Below, piece after piece: positions 51,047-64,000 of a stretch of DNA of 64,000 bases. Source of the DNA: Tubiluchus corallicola. Its lineage: Eukaryota; Animalia; Priapulida. Position 1 is the first letter of the stretch. Each line of letters starts with the position of its first letter. Both the position numbers and the translations under genes were made by a program. The DNA lies in assembly GCA_030141605.1 (NCBI GenBank), contig JAQGDQ010000285.1, forward strand, positions 1-64,000. The letters run 5' to 3'. The notes beneath the pieces were generated by a model. That model searched no databases. It saw nothing but the letters and a program-made list of their open reading frames with translations, and had not been told where the DNA came from.

Positions 51047-51281
51047 CCACAGGGACTCAAACCCAAGACTTTCTGCTTTCCTGTCAGCTATGCTAACCAT
51101 TACACCACAGGGGCACCCAATCTTTCACCCTCATAAATTTACTCTGAAAAGCCAACCAATGGTCTATCAAAAAACTGGAATGCCATACTAAATTAGAAAG
51201 TTGAAAGACTGAGTCTCAACTGGGACTCGAATCCAAGACATTCTACTTTACATGCAGCCATGCTAACAGTTATACCACAGT
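51047..51281 (-). mobile_element. Two tandem tRNA-derived SINE heads
   Basis: Reverse complement ctgtggtgtaatggttagcatagctg...gtcttgggtttgagtccc has A/B boxes but no intact cloverleaf; second copy at 51220-51281. Confidence 0.6.
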
Positions 51282-52565
51282 GAAAATTTGCTGGTCATAT
51301 AATGTAATAACTGTATTCCGTCTCTGTGCACTTGCCACTCACTGCTCAAGAAGTATGGACAATACTCTTACTGTTAAAGTTATAAAGATTTTTTGTGTTC
51401 AGTTAGAATGAGTAGTTGCTAAACTCAGTAGAATAGTAGTAAAATATGAAAGATTGATGAATAGAACTTCTAACATACACTGGTGCTTTTAGTTATAAAG
51501 GCACACTGGATGAAAGGTTGGACAAGCCTCTGATAAATAATCCTCTTATCATCAGTGCGGAATAACTAGTTTTATTTTGCACAGTACCTCTTTACGCTAC
51601 TGGCTCAGTTATAGTTGCTTGCTAGTTAAAAATGCTCAAAATTACACTAGCATCTACTGAATGTTTCTAAATTAGATCATTAAAGGTCTCGTAAAGAACT
51701 GGCACTGAAAGCATTTTTGAATGAATAGTTTTTGTAGTGATGCTGTGTATGAGTTTTTCAAGGCTGCCACCATGTGGCAAACTTGAGGCCCACCTCAAAA
51801 ATTTCTCTGTGAGAAATGACTGCGCATTACAGCTCTCATTCACCTCTTATTCTGAATGTCTAGTTTGATAGGCAGTTGTGTCTATATGTGTCTCTTATGC
51901 ACTTCATATGTTCATTTAGATTCTCTTTTGAACTTGAGTATGGCAAATGTACTGCTGGACCTTTAAACCTGTAATAAATTACCACTAACATTACATAGGA
52001 CACTAAATAAACAGAAGGTTAAATCACATGCAGCTTTTTTATAAATACGGAAATTAGGTCACCTTAGACAAACATGTTATACTAAGCTACCATTTTCAGT
52101 ACAGCTCTGATCATAACATGATCTACTACATATCAGCACAGAAGAATAACTTCCTGTTCATAATGAGCACTATTGGTAGCCTAAAAATTTTGTGCCTAAT
52201 GCTGATTTTAATAGCAGAAACTAGTGATCCATCAAAAAGAATATAAAAAATACTGAATCCAAACAAGAAGAAAATCAAATAATCCATTTAACCCCAAATT
52301 TTGCTTCAGAGCAGCGTGTTGAAATTGTGGCCCATTTTGAGCATACAGTTTACTGATAGAAAAACAACTGGATTTGTCGTCCTGGTGATCAATCACACAT
52401 GGCCAGTTTTAGAAAATGTAGCATCCCATTGTGAAAATCGAAGAACTGATCAAGACCTTTGCAATTAGGTAATGAGGGGGAGTAATGTTAGCCCTCGCCA
52501 TGTGCTGCATTCCACAGCTGCAAAGTCTCTCCAAACAGCTGAAAATAACGATGTTTCTCCCTGAT

Positions 52566-52649
52566 AGTCTTACTATTATGGGAAAATTCAGCATTACCTG
52601 GGCTACAAGTCTTACTATTATGGGAAAATTCAGCATTACCTTGGCTACA
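52566..52649. repeat. 42-bp tandem duplication
   Basis: agtcttactattatgggaaaattcagcattacct(g/t)ggctaca x2. Confidence 0.85.
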
Positions 52650-55600
52650 ACACACTCACATCACTGCCGTTTTTTAAAGCTAATTTAAGGTCAGTTTTTC
52701 AAGAAAAACGATTGAATAGTTTTCTAGGACATATTTTTTTTACAGACTCAGAATCAGTTTCAGCTGTAGGTCTATACTACAGTGCACGTTGTTGTTGAAA
52801 CACGCATACATGGTTTTTATTACTGTAACGCAAAATGTAAAATTGTACTAAAGTGTCAGCTTCCTGTTACTGCTTTGCCACAGCCTGGATGGCTATTTTC
52901 TCCAAGAGTAATTAATCTGTATATAAGATTCACACTATTTTTTTGTAAATATATGTAGTCAGTTACATTCGAATGAATACAGCCTAATAAAGAAATAAAG
53001 AAACCAGCTGTTACTGATTAGTAACCGATAAATGGTTCTTGATTTCATTTCAATTAGGGTAAATGTGAAACAGAAGAATTTGATAGGGTTTTGATATGAC
53101 AAAACATTTCTCCATGACATTTCACAATAACTGCTATAAAGGTATAACATAAAGCAAAACTGCAACTTGGTAAGCATGACTGTGGTTTAGTCAAATGTGA
53201 TTGAGCAGTTTGCCCTAATTTTCACATTTTGGCTCCATCTCAGACCCTTAAACAGTTCCAGCTTTTTTAGTTACTTTACCGCTACTGAGCCTGTACTGCA
53301 AGTGTCTACCCTGTAAGTCTGTTTACTCTACGTATTATAATTTAGAAGTTTTCAATGCCTGAAACTTGATGTCTAACATAATTTGTGTCATATCACAAAA
53401 CAAATTAAAAAATTAGTGTATGAGTTCTCTAACATCTGCTGTTCGTCGATTAATTTTAAAAGTGATACATGAAAAAGTACAGAAGAATGACCATTGATTA
53501 ATGCACACCACCACAAAGCCTTTGACTGCAAATTCACACTGATTGTAAAATCTTTAAATGCTGTAAATTCCATTAGCACTGTACCACTTACAGCTGTCAT
53601 GAAGCTTACCATAAATTTTTGTTGCTTTTCTGGAAGACAGAAATCTCACAAATGTAATGGATGTTGTAAAATTTGTAATACAATTTCTTTAAGATTACAA
53701 GGTTTGTGGATGATAATTTTTTACTGACCTTTGTGGAGTATGACACATGTGGATATTTGTTTTCTTACTTAATAACATTCCTGCATTTGTAATTAAGTTA
53801 AGAGTATACAATCCAAGAAAAGGTACGTGGCAGAGTGGATTCGTGTGCATGCTTTATGTGTGGTAGCTTGGGTTCAAAACTTTCTGTGGACTCTACCATT
53901 CCGATCTAAATCTTGGCTGTTTGTCTCATAGCGAAAGGATGTCTATACATTCAAATCAGGATGAGACGCCTCTGCTGGTTTAATGTCTCATCTTAGAGGT
54001 ATATATAATAGAAGCCAGGCACAGGTTAGGCCGCAAACATTTTGTTAAGTGGGCTCTGCCCTAGAGTACTAAATTGCTACTTGCAGTGAAAAGAGAAAAA
54101 ACAAGATGGCTTGAGGAAGAGGCACTGAAAGTAAAATTAAATGCATTAAAAATGTAACGTAATTGCAATTATAAGCTGGCTAAAATAAACGAATGTGAAT
54201 TTTGAATGACATTTGTAAGATCACTATCACAGATGATTATACAGAATATGAAAGGCTTAGACCTACACAGGTTAATGAAAAAAGTATGACATCGATACAC
54301 ATTTGCAAAAAAGTAAAACAGAACATTGTTCACCAGGGTGCAAATTTACCCATTTTTTCTACTGGAAATGGGGACAGGTAGCCAAAAAAATTTGCCTGTC
54401 TCCATTTTTTTCAGTGTGTAGAGAATACTGCACAACATTAATTATACACAATAATTTAGCAACATTGTTTTTGCCTAATCTGTATTTAACTATAAATACT
54501 CATTCAATTTTTTTTGCAGCCAGTATGAGTATTATTAGCGTTATAGAGTTCGGTGGTCAGTACACACATGCTGCATGGCTGATAAGTAACTGTGTCCGAC
54601 AGCATCATAAGCAGTAAATATAACAGAGCTTTAACAAGCAATAATCAATCTCTATGTTGAATTTTGTGTAAAAAATATCGAAACATCAGCCATATATATT
54701 TTAGTCAAATATAGTTTCTTTCGTATTTTAATTTGTCTTTTAAAATAGTTCGTTTGATGTGTGAGTAAACGGAGTGTTCAAATTTAGCATGCGCCAGTGA
54801 GAATGTCATTAACATGGCGGCTTTTGTCATTTAGATGCGTCTTAGACAGCCAGATTAATTATTACTATGTTGTAAACACTAAAATTTTGTGTAAGTGGTG
54901 CATCGCTAACTGTAGATGTCAAGTTGGAAAAGATAGAAGGCTTCATTAATACGAAAATATAATAAATATGGTAACCTTAGTTTATTGGCCAAAGGGACCT
55001 GTGTTCAGACGACTTCTGCCTGTTGTCAAGTAGATTTACCAGAATTTCCAGTAAGATTGACGTTAAATTTGCACTCTGTTCATACACGATCAACGTGAAT
55101 ATTCACGCAAGTATATTTAGTTATCAACTCTTCAAATATAAATTAATCCTAAATCAATTCAGTAATTTAAACTGGGTACTAGTTTATAATGCTTCATTGT
55201 TTTTGTCACCATATTACATACCTACATAAAAGTGCTAGTAACACAGCTTATTATGATACAACATTACACCATTAGGAGTATAGGTGCAAACATTTATTAA
55301 AATCATTACTGAACTAAGAGACGTTAGTGTACCTTTAGAAATAAAAGTTCACTATAAAAAGTTTCCATTGTCTGAAAAACTATTATAAAAGTTTCTACAA
55401 AAGCAAATTTCAGCTTACGCAAAGACCCTGCAAGTCCAAATTCAATTACCACGACGTACATGTATCAAGTTAGGTACACACAAACTTTTATCAATTTGAT
55501 TTGAGTATGAGAGCTGAAATTGTGAGGAGGGTAGGAAAATAATGAGAGAGAGAGAGAGAAAGAAAGTGAGTGTGTGTGTGAAAGAGAGAGAGAGGGGGGA

Positions 55601-57132
55601 GAGAGAAGGGGAGAGAGCCAATTTCTTCAGCCACTTTTTTCAATTTTCACAGTACCTGGTATTAATGACTCAAATGACTAATCGTCAGCAATCCCTGTCC
55701 AGCAGGCAGCAGATACTCATTCAGTTTCTCAGAACGGACCGCCGGTAAAGAACAGAAGAAACACAACATACAAGAAATACGGGTAGCAAAGTTTACGCTG
55801 ATATTTGGTCAACTATAACAATTACTGTAATTACTCTTCGACCAGTCAACCAGCTACTCGAAATCGAAGAATCTCGTTAACTAGACCCTAGTGAGCACTG
55901 CGACTACACTTCAAAATGTCATCGAATCACATAATGACGCATTTTATTCTACTCATGTTCATTTTCTTTGTTTGTAGCTGAAATTTTAGTTGCAAAAAGC
56001 TTGGAAACCTTTTTAACTAATGCCATGACATAAGGATAATGTAACTGATACAATTAATATCATTAAATGAACTCGATTACTGATTTGATGATGTAGATAA
56101 CTTTTGCAAGTGCAATCGCTGATTAGCAGCTCAACTTATTTCGCGATTCCTGTAAAACAGTTGTCCCGGACTGCAGCATAACAAAATAGAAAAATTATTA
56201 AATTTTTTAAAATATTGATTATTAAAAATTAGTTTTCACCATGTTGTATTTTGATATGAATTTGATTCGCCTAGCCAAACTATTTTTACAGATATCAACT
56301 TTTGTTAGTGACTTTTCAACATAAGATTTACTATTATTTACTTAATTACTATTTAATGCAATTGTGTTTTCTATAATTTTTTAAAGTTTAAAATCAACAT
56401 AAATTTGACATAAAATCAACCTTAATTATTTGCATTGCTAAACGTAACATCATGAGGTGTCATGATTTTTGCAATGTTTTAGCGGCAAAAAAAACATGAC
56501 AATAGCATACATACAGTGGCATAAACATCCTGACAGGAGGCATTAATTAGCAAGAGTAACAGCTGCAGTAACAGCAGCTGTAGTGGTACCAGTATGTAAC
56601 TAGGTTAGTATTTAGCAGCTGTACCATGCAGTAATGCTAGCAGCATCAAATAAAAAACACCACATCAAAAAAAGGCTAACAGTAGAAATTAACAATAGCA
56701 ACAACAACAAGCATGCAACAGCATGAGAAAAGTGGGACGAATTGGTAGCAAGAAGAATAGCCAGCACAACTTAACCAAGCATGACAACTTGGCTAGCTAG
56801 GGTTGAACATCAAACACATGAATTTGACTCAAATTAGCCTTTCTAGTTTGAACAGGATTCGAACTTAAAATTAAAGATTCGAATTATTTAGCACATCAAT
56901 TGCCCACGATATAAATTTATCACTAAGACACTTTGAAACATCATGCAATTAGTACAATAGAAGATGTTCGCCTTTAAGCATGGCAACTCATAAGTAGCAA
57001 TAACAATGGCAATGACAGGGCAATGCCCAGCAACAGTACTGGCAATGATGGTGTGACACAATTAGAATTAACCTGTTTAATAATTATTGATCTTGCATGG
57101 TCAACCTCGACAGCCATATGTATTATGATAAT

Positions 57133-57511
57133 TAGGGGTGAGCATCGAACATTCAAGTTCGAGTGCTTGAATCCAATTGTTTTAATTCGAATGAGTTTTT
57201 TTAATTCAATTTCGATTTGAACCTAGAATTATAAATTCGAGTAATTCAGCACTTGAACCACATATGTTCTTTCGTCACTAGAATGGCTTAAACATTACAC
57301 AATTAGCACAATTTAGCAACAATTTCTGAGTGCAATTTTTAAACTACTTATTAGTGGTTTTATACTGCAGAAGAAAATCGAGTAGTTGGGCGTATGCATG
57401 ATCTTTGTGAAACCACTTTTTACTGAGGGTTCAAAAACTCGATTGAAAATCTTTCAAACTCAATTCAAATTCGATTCGAATTCGATTTCTGGTAGAGAAT
57501 AATCACCCCTA
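57133..57511. mobile_element. hAT-type MITE
   Basis: TIRs TAGGGGTGA...TCACCCCTA, 8-bp TSD atgataat/atcataat (7/8 match) and subterminal ttcgaa repeats. Related partial ends lie at ~36163-36260 and ~56798-56890. Confidence 0.7.
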
Positions 57512-60500
57512 ATCATAATTATAACTATGTCGACGATCTGTTCTCAATTCTGACCTTGGCCATGGTTATAAATTGGCAAAACCCAGGGCCAGTTAAAGGG
57601 TTTTTGTGTCATAAGCATTCATTGCCATCCCAACGTCACTATTATCGCAAGAAACAGCGTATATTGTGTAGCACTCAGCTCGTACTGTTCGGTGGCAGTC
57701 CTGATTCTTGACGCATAATTAGTCAATGCCCCAACCCTTGACTTAATCATCATTTCAAAAAAATGTGGCACGAATCTCGACAACAGTAACAACTTTTTTG
57801 GAATTTATTGCAAAACATAACAGAGTAAGTTGAAACAGATATCTAAGGATATTGCAGCAGGTAGCAGCAAGAGCCATGCATCATTACATAATCGTGATAT
57901 AGCTAACATAATTATCTAACTAATAATATTGGCCTAGAAACTAGAAAATAGCTGTTTGACTCATAAATTGGATGTAGTAAAGACTTAAGGCATTATAAGA
58001 CGTATGAGTAAGTACCTGTCTTAATGTGTCTAAGCCTGTGCCTGTACAAACAAATGACAATGCCGCTTCTGTAATTGTTTCTGTGTGGGTGCGCCCAATG
58101 TAGATTCTATACCAATTCTCAGAAAACAACAAGAACATCAACAACAGCAACAACAACCACAACCACCACCACAGCCACAACAAAAACAACAACAACAATA
58201 ATGTATGTCCATTACATTAATAATAATAATATTGTGCGTGACTGACTGTTCGTTATTGCATCATTGTACAAGGTGATCCTAGCAAATAAAAGTAGACTGA
58301 ATTGACGTTCAGAATTTGAATCGGAAACTACGACGGGCCTGATCGAAGTTGTCACGGCTTGAACACAGGTGATTAGTAATTAATTTTAGCAATTTAATAA
58401 TTTGTCTGCAGACAGTATAAAACATAAAAAATACAATGTGCTGGTATGCCAGCGCATAAAACGTTATAAGGCTTTTGTGTGCTATGATTATTTGCAATTG
58501 TAATTAGTGGAAGTATTTTGATACCCAATGGCGAAAGTCTTACACAAGTGTCCCAGGGTCTAAAATTTTTATAGAAGTATTTAGTATCGAGGTAGTTGCG
58601 GGCGGTGGGGGGGGGGGTATCTGTAGCAAAGCTCCACGAAGATTTCAAAATGTATCGTTTTCTAAAATGTCAATTTTATTAGAACTATCACCACCCAAAT
58701 ATATTCTCGTTGGAGTTGCTATCTTCAAACATTTTTTCAGTTATTGTTACTCACTCTTATATACAGATGAAGCACACTTAAGTGATTTAAAAGCGAACTG
58801 TGAACTATATTAACAAAAGACCCATTGATTTTGTTTGGTTTACTGTTTCTATCATTTTGTCAAGGCACAGCTTGAAACAATAATTCTGTAAAATATTTCA
58901 CCCATCTAGGCATTTCTTATATCTAATGTTGCTTAACTGCTGAACCAAGTATTTTTGAGTGTCATAAAGGAATTAAGCGGTGAAGCTGTTAGGATATTAG
59001 CACATGACTTGTATTACTATTGGTTAGCGACTAGGTGGCAGGGCCAATTGCTACGGTAACTGTAATTGTATAATTTGAAGCCAATCACAAACTAATGAGT
59101 CAGCAAGATAACACTTCTAAGCTGAAACTGTTATTTGGTGAAATTTCAGTACCACCCACTGAGCAGTAGGGCTTGAAAGGGTAGCTGTGCTGCTGAAAAT
59201 CAATGTATCTTATCTTTACAACAGGAATGAGATCGCTACTATATTGTTACTGCATAATAATTATGCACACATATTACACCAATACGTTCCACCACTGCCA
59301 AGTTTTTGAGTGCCTAGGGACAAACTGATACCTACTGTGCCTGACTCAGCAAACAGGCATGTAAAACACACTTACAGTGCACTGACATATATGACGACTG
59401 CTAACATAACTATATAATATAATTAGGGCCCCAGGTTTCCGTTTCAAAATTGGTCAAATTTTGTTTCAACGAATCATTGATTCTTCTTCACAGAAATTAG
59501 AAGCTAAGTTGTCCTCTAGCCACTAATATCAAGTTTTGTACTATGCAGTAGATCATTAAAAAATGAATTCTTATGTGAATTAAGAAAGTAATCTATCAAG
59601 CACTTATGTACCGTTACATAACATAAGAACACCGACATTTAATTTGCAATTTTAAACGTTTGTTTCCACAGATTATTCTAAAATCTGTTTTTCATATTAC
59701 CATTATAATACAGTATTATTAATTGCTTCATGATTTTACAACTGTTGAAGATCGTTTTACTTTTTTTGGTTGAACATCACCTTCGTCACCCATTTTTAAA
59801 AGATGAACTAAATAGGCTCGAATTGACATCAAAAAGGGACAGAGTTCAAAGAAATTTTATTATAAATACAAATTCAATGAAAATGCAATATAAATTTGAG
59901 CTTTTGCATGAATGTGGGAAACTTTTTCGCAAACGTACTGCTATTCATTATATTTTATTACAAATAACATGAAAAAAATAATGTTGACACACCAGGCTGA
60001 CACTACAAAATTTTCCGTAAGTGAAAGGACATATATGGGGTTCGCATATTGCATAAAAAACAGGTGGGGGAGAACTTCTAGCAAGGTCATGGAAAGCAAA
60101 AGTGGTTCCGTCTCAGAGCACAAACAGTTTAAAAAATCGACTTTGTAACCACAGGACTGCATGTTGCTATACTACACCATTTGAAGTTTTTGCTTACTGC
60201 AATATCTATGACTAGATTTGCTCTGTTATTTTTTAGCCAACACAGTGTTTTCTTTTAAACTTGGTTTGTAAGTTGACGATATTTGTGTGAAAGAAACGAC
60301 CAGACTAAAGCCGCAAAGACTAACATTTTAGCTGTAGAGATGGTAAACTGTAAGTACAGTTGTACACAGATGATACATACTGACATCTGCTAATTTTCAA
60401 CCAGACTGCAAGCAATCTATTGTTGAAGATCTGTAATAGTGCTTTGCATAGTTTAGGATTATTTGGTATCTCTCTAACAATCTATCTTCATAACTGGCTA

Positions 60501-61241
60501 TAGATGGTAGTAAGTGCATTTGAGCTATCTTTTTATTCCATCATCCATCAACTGGTGAGCATTTAGGCAAAATGAAGCATGCAGACTTTCGAGAAAATTA
60601 ACGTGTGGCAGTTTATAATGTTTGTACAAATAAATATTATATCAATTACATATTTTACCAACTTACTGTTAACTTCTAGGACATGTTACTTAGGTTTACA
60701 GTGCCCCAGTGTTAGTTGCTTACTAAAATCGACTATTTTAAAAGGCTGTTAAACAAATAAAGTCACACATAGCCTAGAATTTACAATAAATACTTCAAAA
60801 TTATGCATTCACGATTTCTGGACAGTCACTCAAGACTGCTAACAAAATCAAAAATTTCTGTGTTACGCAAACAAGATCTAACTTCAATGAAAATACCGAT
60901 TCTGAAAGCTGTATGTAACAAGTGTGTTTGCTTTAAATTTTACCCATCCTCATATTACCGTAATTAATGTCATACTTTTAAAAGACCATCAATGTTTAAG
61001 AGTATTTGATAAAGAGCTCTAGTAACAGCAATTAAATGCCATGCCACTGATACTGCTGTTACTAATGTTTGTATGCAATGTTGACAATGTAGTAGATGAA
61101 ATGAAAAGCCCATGTAGCATTGCATTAGGTGGTTATTTAAATTTTGTATGCACCAGTTTTATACAGCACATTCTGATTTATTTAAGTGTAGGATCAGATA
61201 CAATAGCTGTGAAACCTTGCAATCGGCAGTTATATAAAATC

Positions 61242-61291
61242 ATGAGTGATGACGAGTTGGATGGCGTTATTGTTGAGAAATCTAAACAATG
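61242..61291 (+). CDS. ZNHIT6: Box C/D snoRNA biogenesis protein (ZNHIT6/BCD1), probable first coding exon
   Basis: ATG...MSDDELDGVIVEKSKQ-tg|gtaag; phase 2 joins correctly to the acceptor at 62218 to give W-CFVC. Confidence 0.7.
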
Positions 61292-62218
61292 GTAAGAAGA
61301 AAATATATTTAGAGAAAAATTAAGACTTTATATGTTATGTTATATCATTTTTTATATGTAGCGTTAATAATGCAGAGTTTTGTTGTTTAGTATTGCATTT
61401 ATTTACTCTTATTTGTTTTGGTAAACCTTCCTTGCCATTTCACTGTCTAAAAATGTCTAAATTTTGTTTAATAAACTGACAGTTTTTTTCTTTTGGGCAA
61501 ATTCACTTTCATTGGCAATGTCAAAAATGTACTTGCAGTATGGCTTCATTGAAAGTTACCTTGATTGCTAGACTGGTGGACACTTGTTACTATAGTTATC
61601 ACGAATTACTATTCAAATTGTTTAAGGTAATTACTAACAAATCCAGTAAGCAGAGTATAGTTTTGCACAGTTCAAGTGAAAGTCCTCCTGTGGCAGGTTT
61701 CCATTGTTTGTGTAATTGAAATTTAAACTGTTTCTTTATTATAATTTCATATGGGATGTACCATCCAATTTCATTAGAATGTGAAGTGCATTGATCATTC
61801 TGCCCAAATTGTGATATGTCCAGTTTGTTAAATTCATACCGTCTTTTTAGCCAACAAAAACATGGTCTTAATCTGTTGGAGGACATACATGAAATCACGT
61901 GCCATGTGAATAATGACTGGTGACCATGACGAAAGTATTTGTAATCATAAGCTCTTGTGTGTGGCTCATTCAAGCCTTGTTATAATGCCTCCCTTTGTAA
62001 TGCCAACTTCGCTTAACGTCCAAGTTTTTAGCAAAACAAAATATTTATATTTGCATAGACATACATGTATTAATGTACCTGTTTATAGTGCCAAGATCAC
62101 TATAACGCCAACTTTTTTGCAGTCCCAAATTAGGCCGTTTTACTATACTTTTGCTATGCTTTTACCCAAATCTCAACTTTTATTGCCAAAAAATTCTATA
62201 CAACTTTTCTCTTTGTAG

Positions 62219-62942
62219 GTGTTTTGTTTGTGAGGAACAAGCTGCGGCATATTGCTGTCCAGCTTGTGAATTACGAACTTGTTCCTTGAAATGTGTGAGG
62301 CAACATAAGCAGCAATATCATTGTACGGGACAGCGTGACAAGACAAAATACATTGGACTTCAGGCAATGAATGATCTCACACTTCTGAATGACTATCGTT
62401 TGTTGGAATCAATAGGACGTGTCTGTGACAATGCCCAGCGCGACAGTTTGGCACATGCGCCAGTGAACTCTTTTTATGAGAAGAAAATGATCACTAAAGC
62501 TAGGCAAAAAGGCATGGAACTTCTTATGCTTCCAAAACAGTTTAGAATTTGTCGTGAAAATACAACGTTTTTTAGCCACAAGCTGCATGTTTTCTTTTGG
62601 CATATAGAGTTGATTTTTCCAGCTGTAAATGGCAGGTTTATTGAGAAAAAGCAGCACGAAGAAACAAAGTTGAAGACGGTCCTTTATAAATATTTTTCCA
62701 TTAGCTCAGATAACTGTACAATTAGCCAGAAACTAGGAAAGCATTATGAAAATTGCGGCTTGGACAATGTTTGTGTGTTTATGCCTGATGTACCAAATGA
62801 ACGAAATGTAAATGCTTCTTATACTAAGTTGGACATTAATGAAAGTATTGTTGCTAATCTCAAGGGTAAGAAGGTGCTAGAGCATCCTAAATTGTACATT
62901 GTTTTGCCTCATGAGGTTGCAAAATACAGTAAAGATAGCTAG
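62219..62942 (+). CDS. ZNHIT6: Box C/D snoRNA biogenesis protein (ZNHIT6/BCD1), main exon
   Basis: zf-HIT CFVC...YCCPACELRTCSLKCVRQHK..HCTGQRDKT, LLNDYRLLE, FWHIELIF and NLKGKKVLEHPKLYIV; acceptor ttttctctttgtag. Confidence 0.9.
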
Positions 62943-64000
62943 TGACAATTGCAGCTGTTTCATTGCTAGATTTGCTGTCCTGGTTTTTGCTAAATCATGT
63001 ACCTAAATACTTATATTTTTAGAATGTCTTACCTGTAACCTGCTATTACTGTGAAGATTTTTAAGTACAGAAAAATAAAGCAGTAAAATTTAGTTGTTTG
63101 CAAACCACATTTGTTTATTTTTGCCTATGCATGTCAAGTTTTTACTATGAATTAGAAGCAGAATAATTTTTTCTGGCGACAATACCATAATTTGCATCAT
63201 TTTCCAAAAAACTTTGTTTTATGGAGAAGAGAAATATAAGTATTGACGTGATAATCGTTCAGGGACAATTAAATCTGCTCAAGGACCAATCCCACAGAAA
63301 TAGCTACATGTATAAGAATCTATTGAATGATAAATAATTTCTTTTAACTTTTTATGGCGGTCAAGTGTGAGAGCTGTTTTTTTGGCATTTGGTGTAACAT
63401 GCGGTCATATAAACAACATATAAACATTCAAACAAATACAGATTTGTGCATTTCTGTATTAGCTGAAGATTGTAATTTAATTGTAATTACATGTATTAAT
63501 GTGACTGAGCAGACCTGAAAATGACAATACAGCTGCATAAGTTAATGGCCACCTCGAAAAGAAAAAGAGATCGAGGGATGGATGAAAAGGAGGAAAGTGA
63601 AGAAAAGCACAGAGAACCAGAGTAGCTGTCTCGATGTGAAGACTAATGCTGCGCTGACACCAGTGACAACGGCGAGGATGACAGTGACAAAATAGTAATA
63701 ATAATAATGATAATAATATCTGTTTCTATTGTCGTCATCAAAATTGTCATTATCATTAATTGAGTTGTATAGCAGAAGCTGTTGAAGATCACTGATAAGA
63801 ACTACATGTAATAACTAACAGTATCAGCCATGAAGTTTATTCGTTTATTGTATAAATTTTTCCTTGTGAAAAAATCACGCCTATGACAGTAATTGTCCAG
63901 AACAATTAACGTGAAGAAAGCTCACACAATGGCGCAATGCAATGCACGCACGTATGGAGATTATCACAGTTTGGCAGTTTTCCCTTGTGAAAAGTTACGC

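Noticed and set aside
51047-51113. Functional tRNA gene
   Set aside because: A/B boxes are present but the anticodon and acceptor stems do not pair, and several diverged copies occur in the window, which fits SINE heads.

Overview
AT-rich animal genomic DNA, probably a lophotrochozoan given the CCRFamide-type neuropeptide and TTAGGG repeats. 1-9391 holds two head-to-tail Gmr1-like Ty3/Gypsy LTR retrotransposons (integrase upstream of RT). They are joined by a direct LTR-LTR junction, and the second copy has an internal deletion. The most unusual feature is 13685-16798, a GC-rich ~3.1 kb element with ~830 bp terminal inverted repeats starting AGTAGT, the Polinton/Maverick-type terminus. It carries a compact, overlapping, intronless minus-strand cassette: a truncated basic ORF, a DEDD-exonuclease-like ORF and a divergent TATA-binding-protein (TBP) homologue. 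Host genes are a CCRFamide-like neuropeptide precursor, a 3-coding-exon UQCRQ missed by the ORF track, a PPP1R16-family gene with an intronless CDS, and ZNHIT6/BCD1. The rest is MITEs (Harbinger, hAT, one filled with telomeric repeats), tRNA-derived SINE heads, a LINE 3' fragment, Helentron-like repeats and micro/minisatellites. All family assignments come from motif recognition by eye; no database searches were run.
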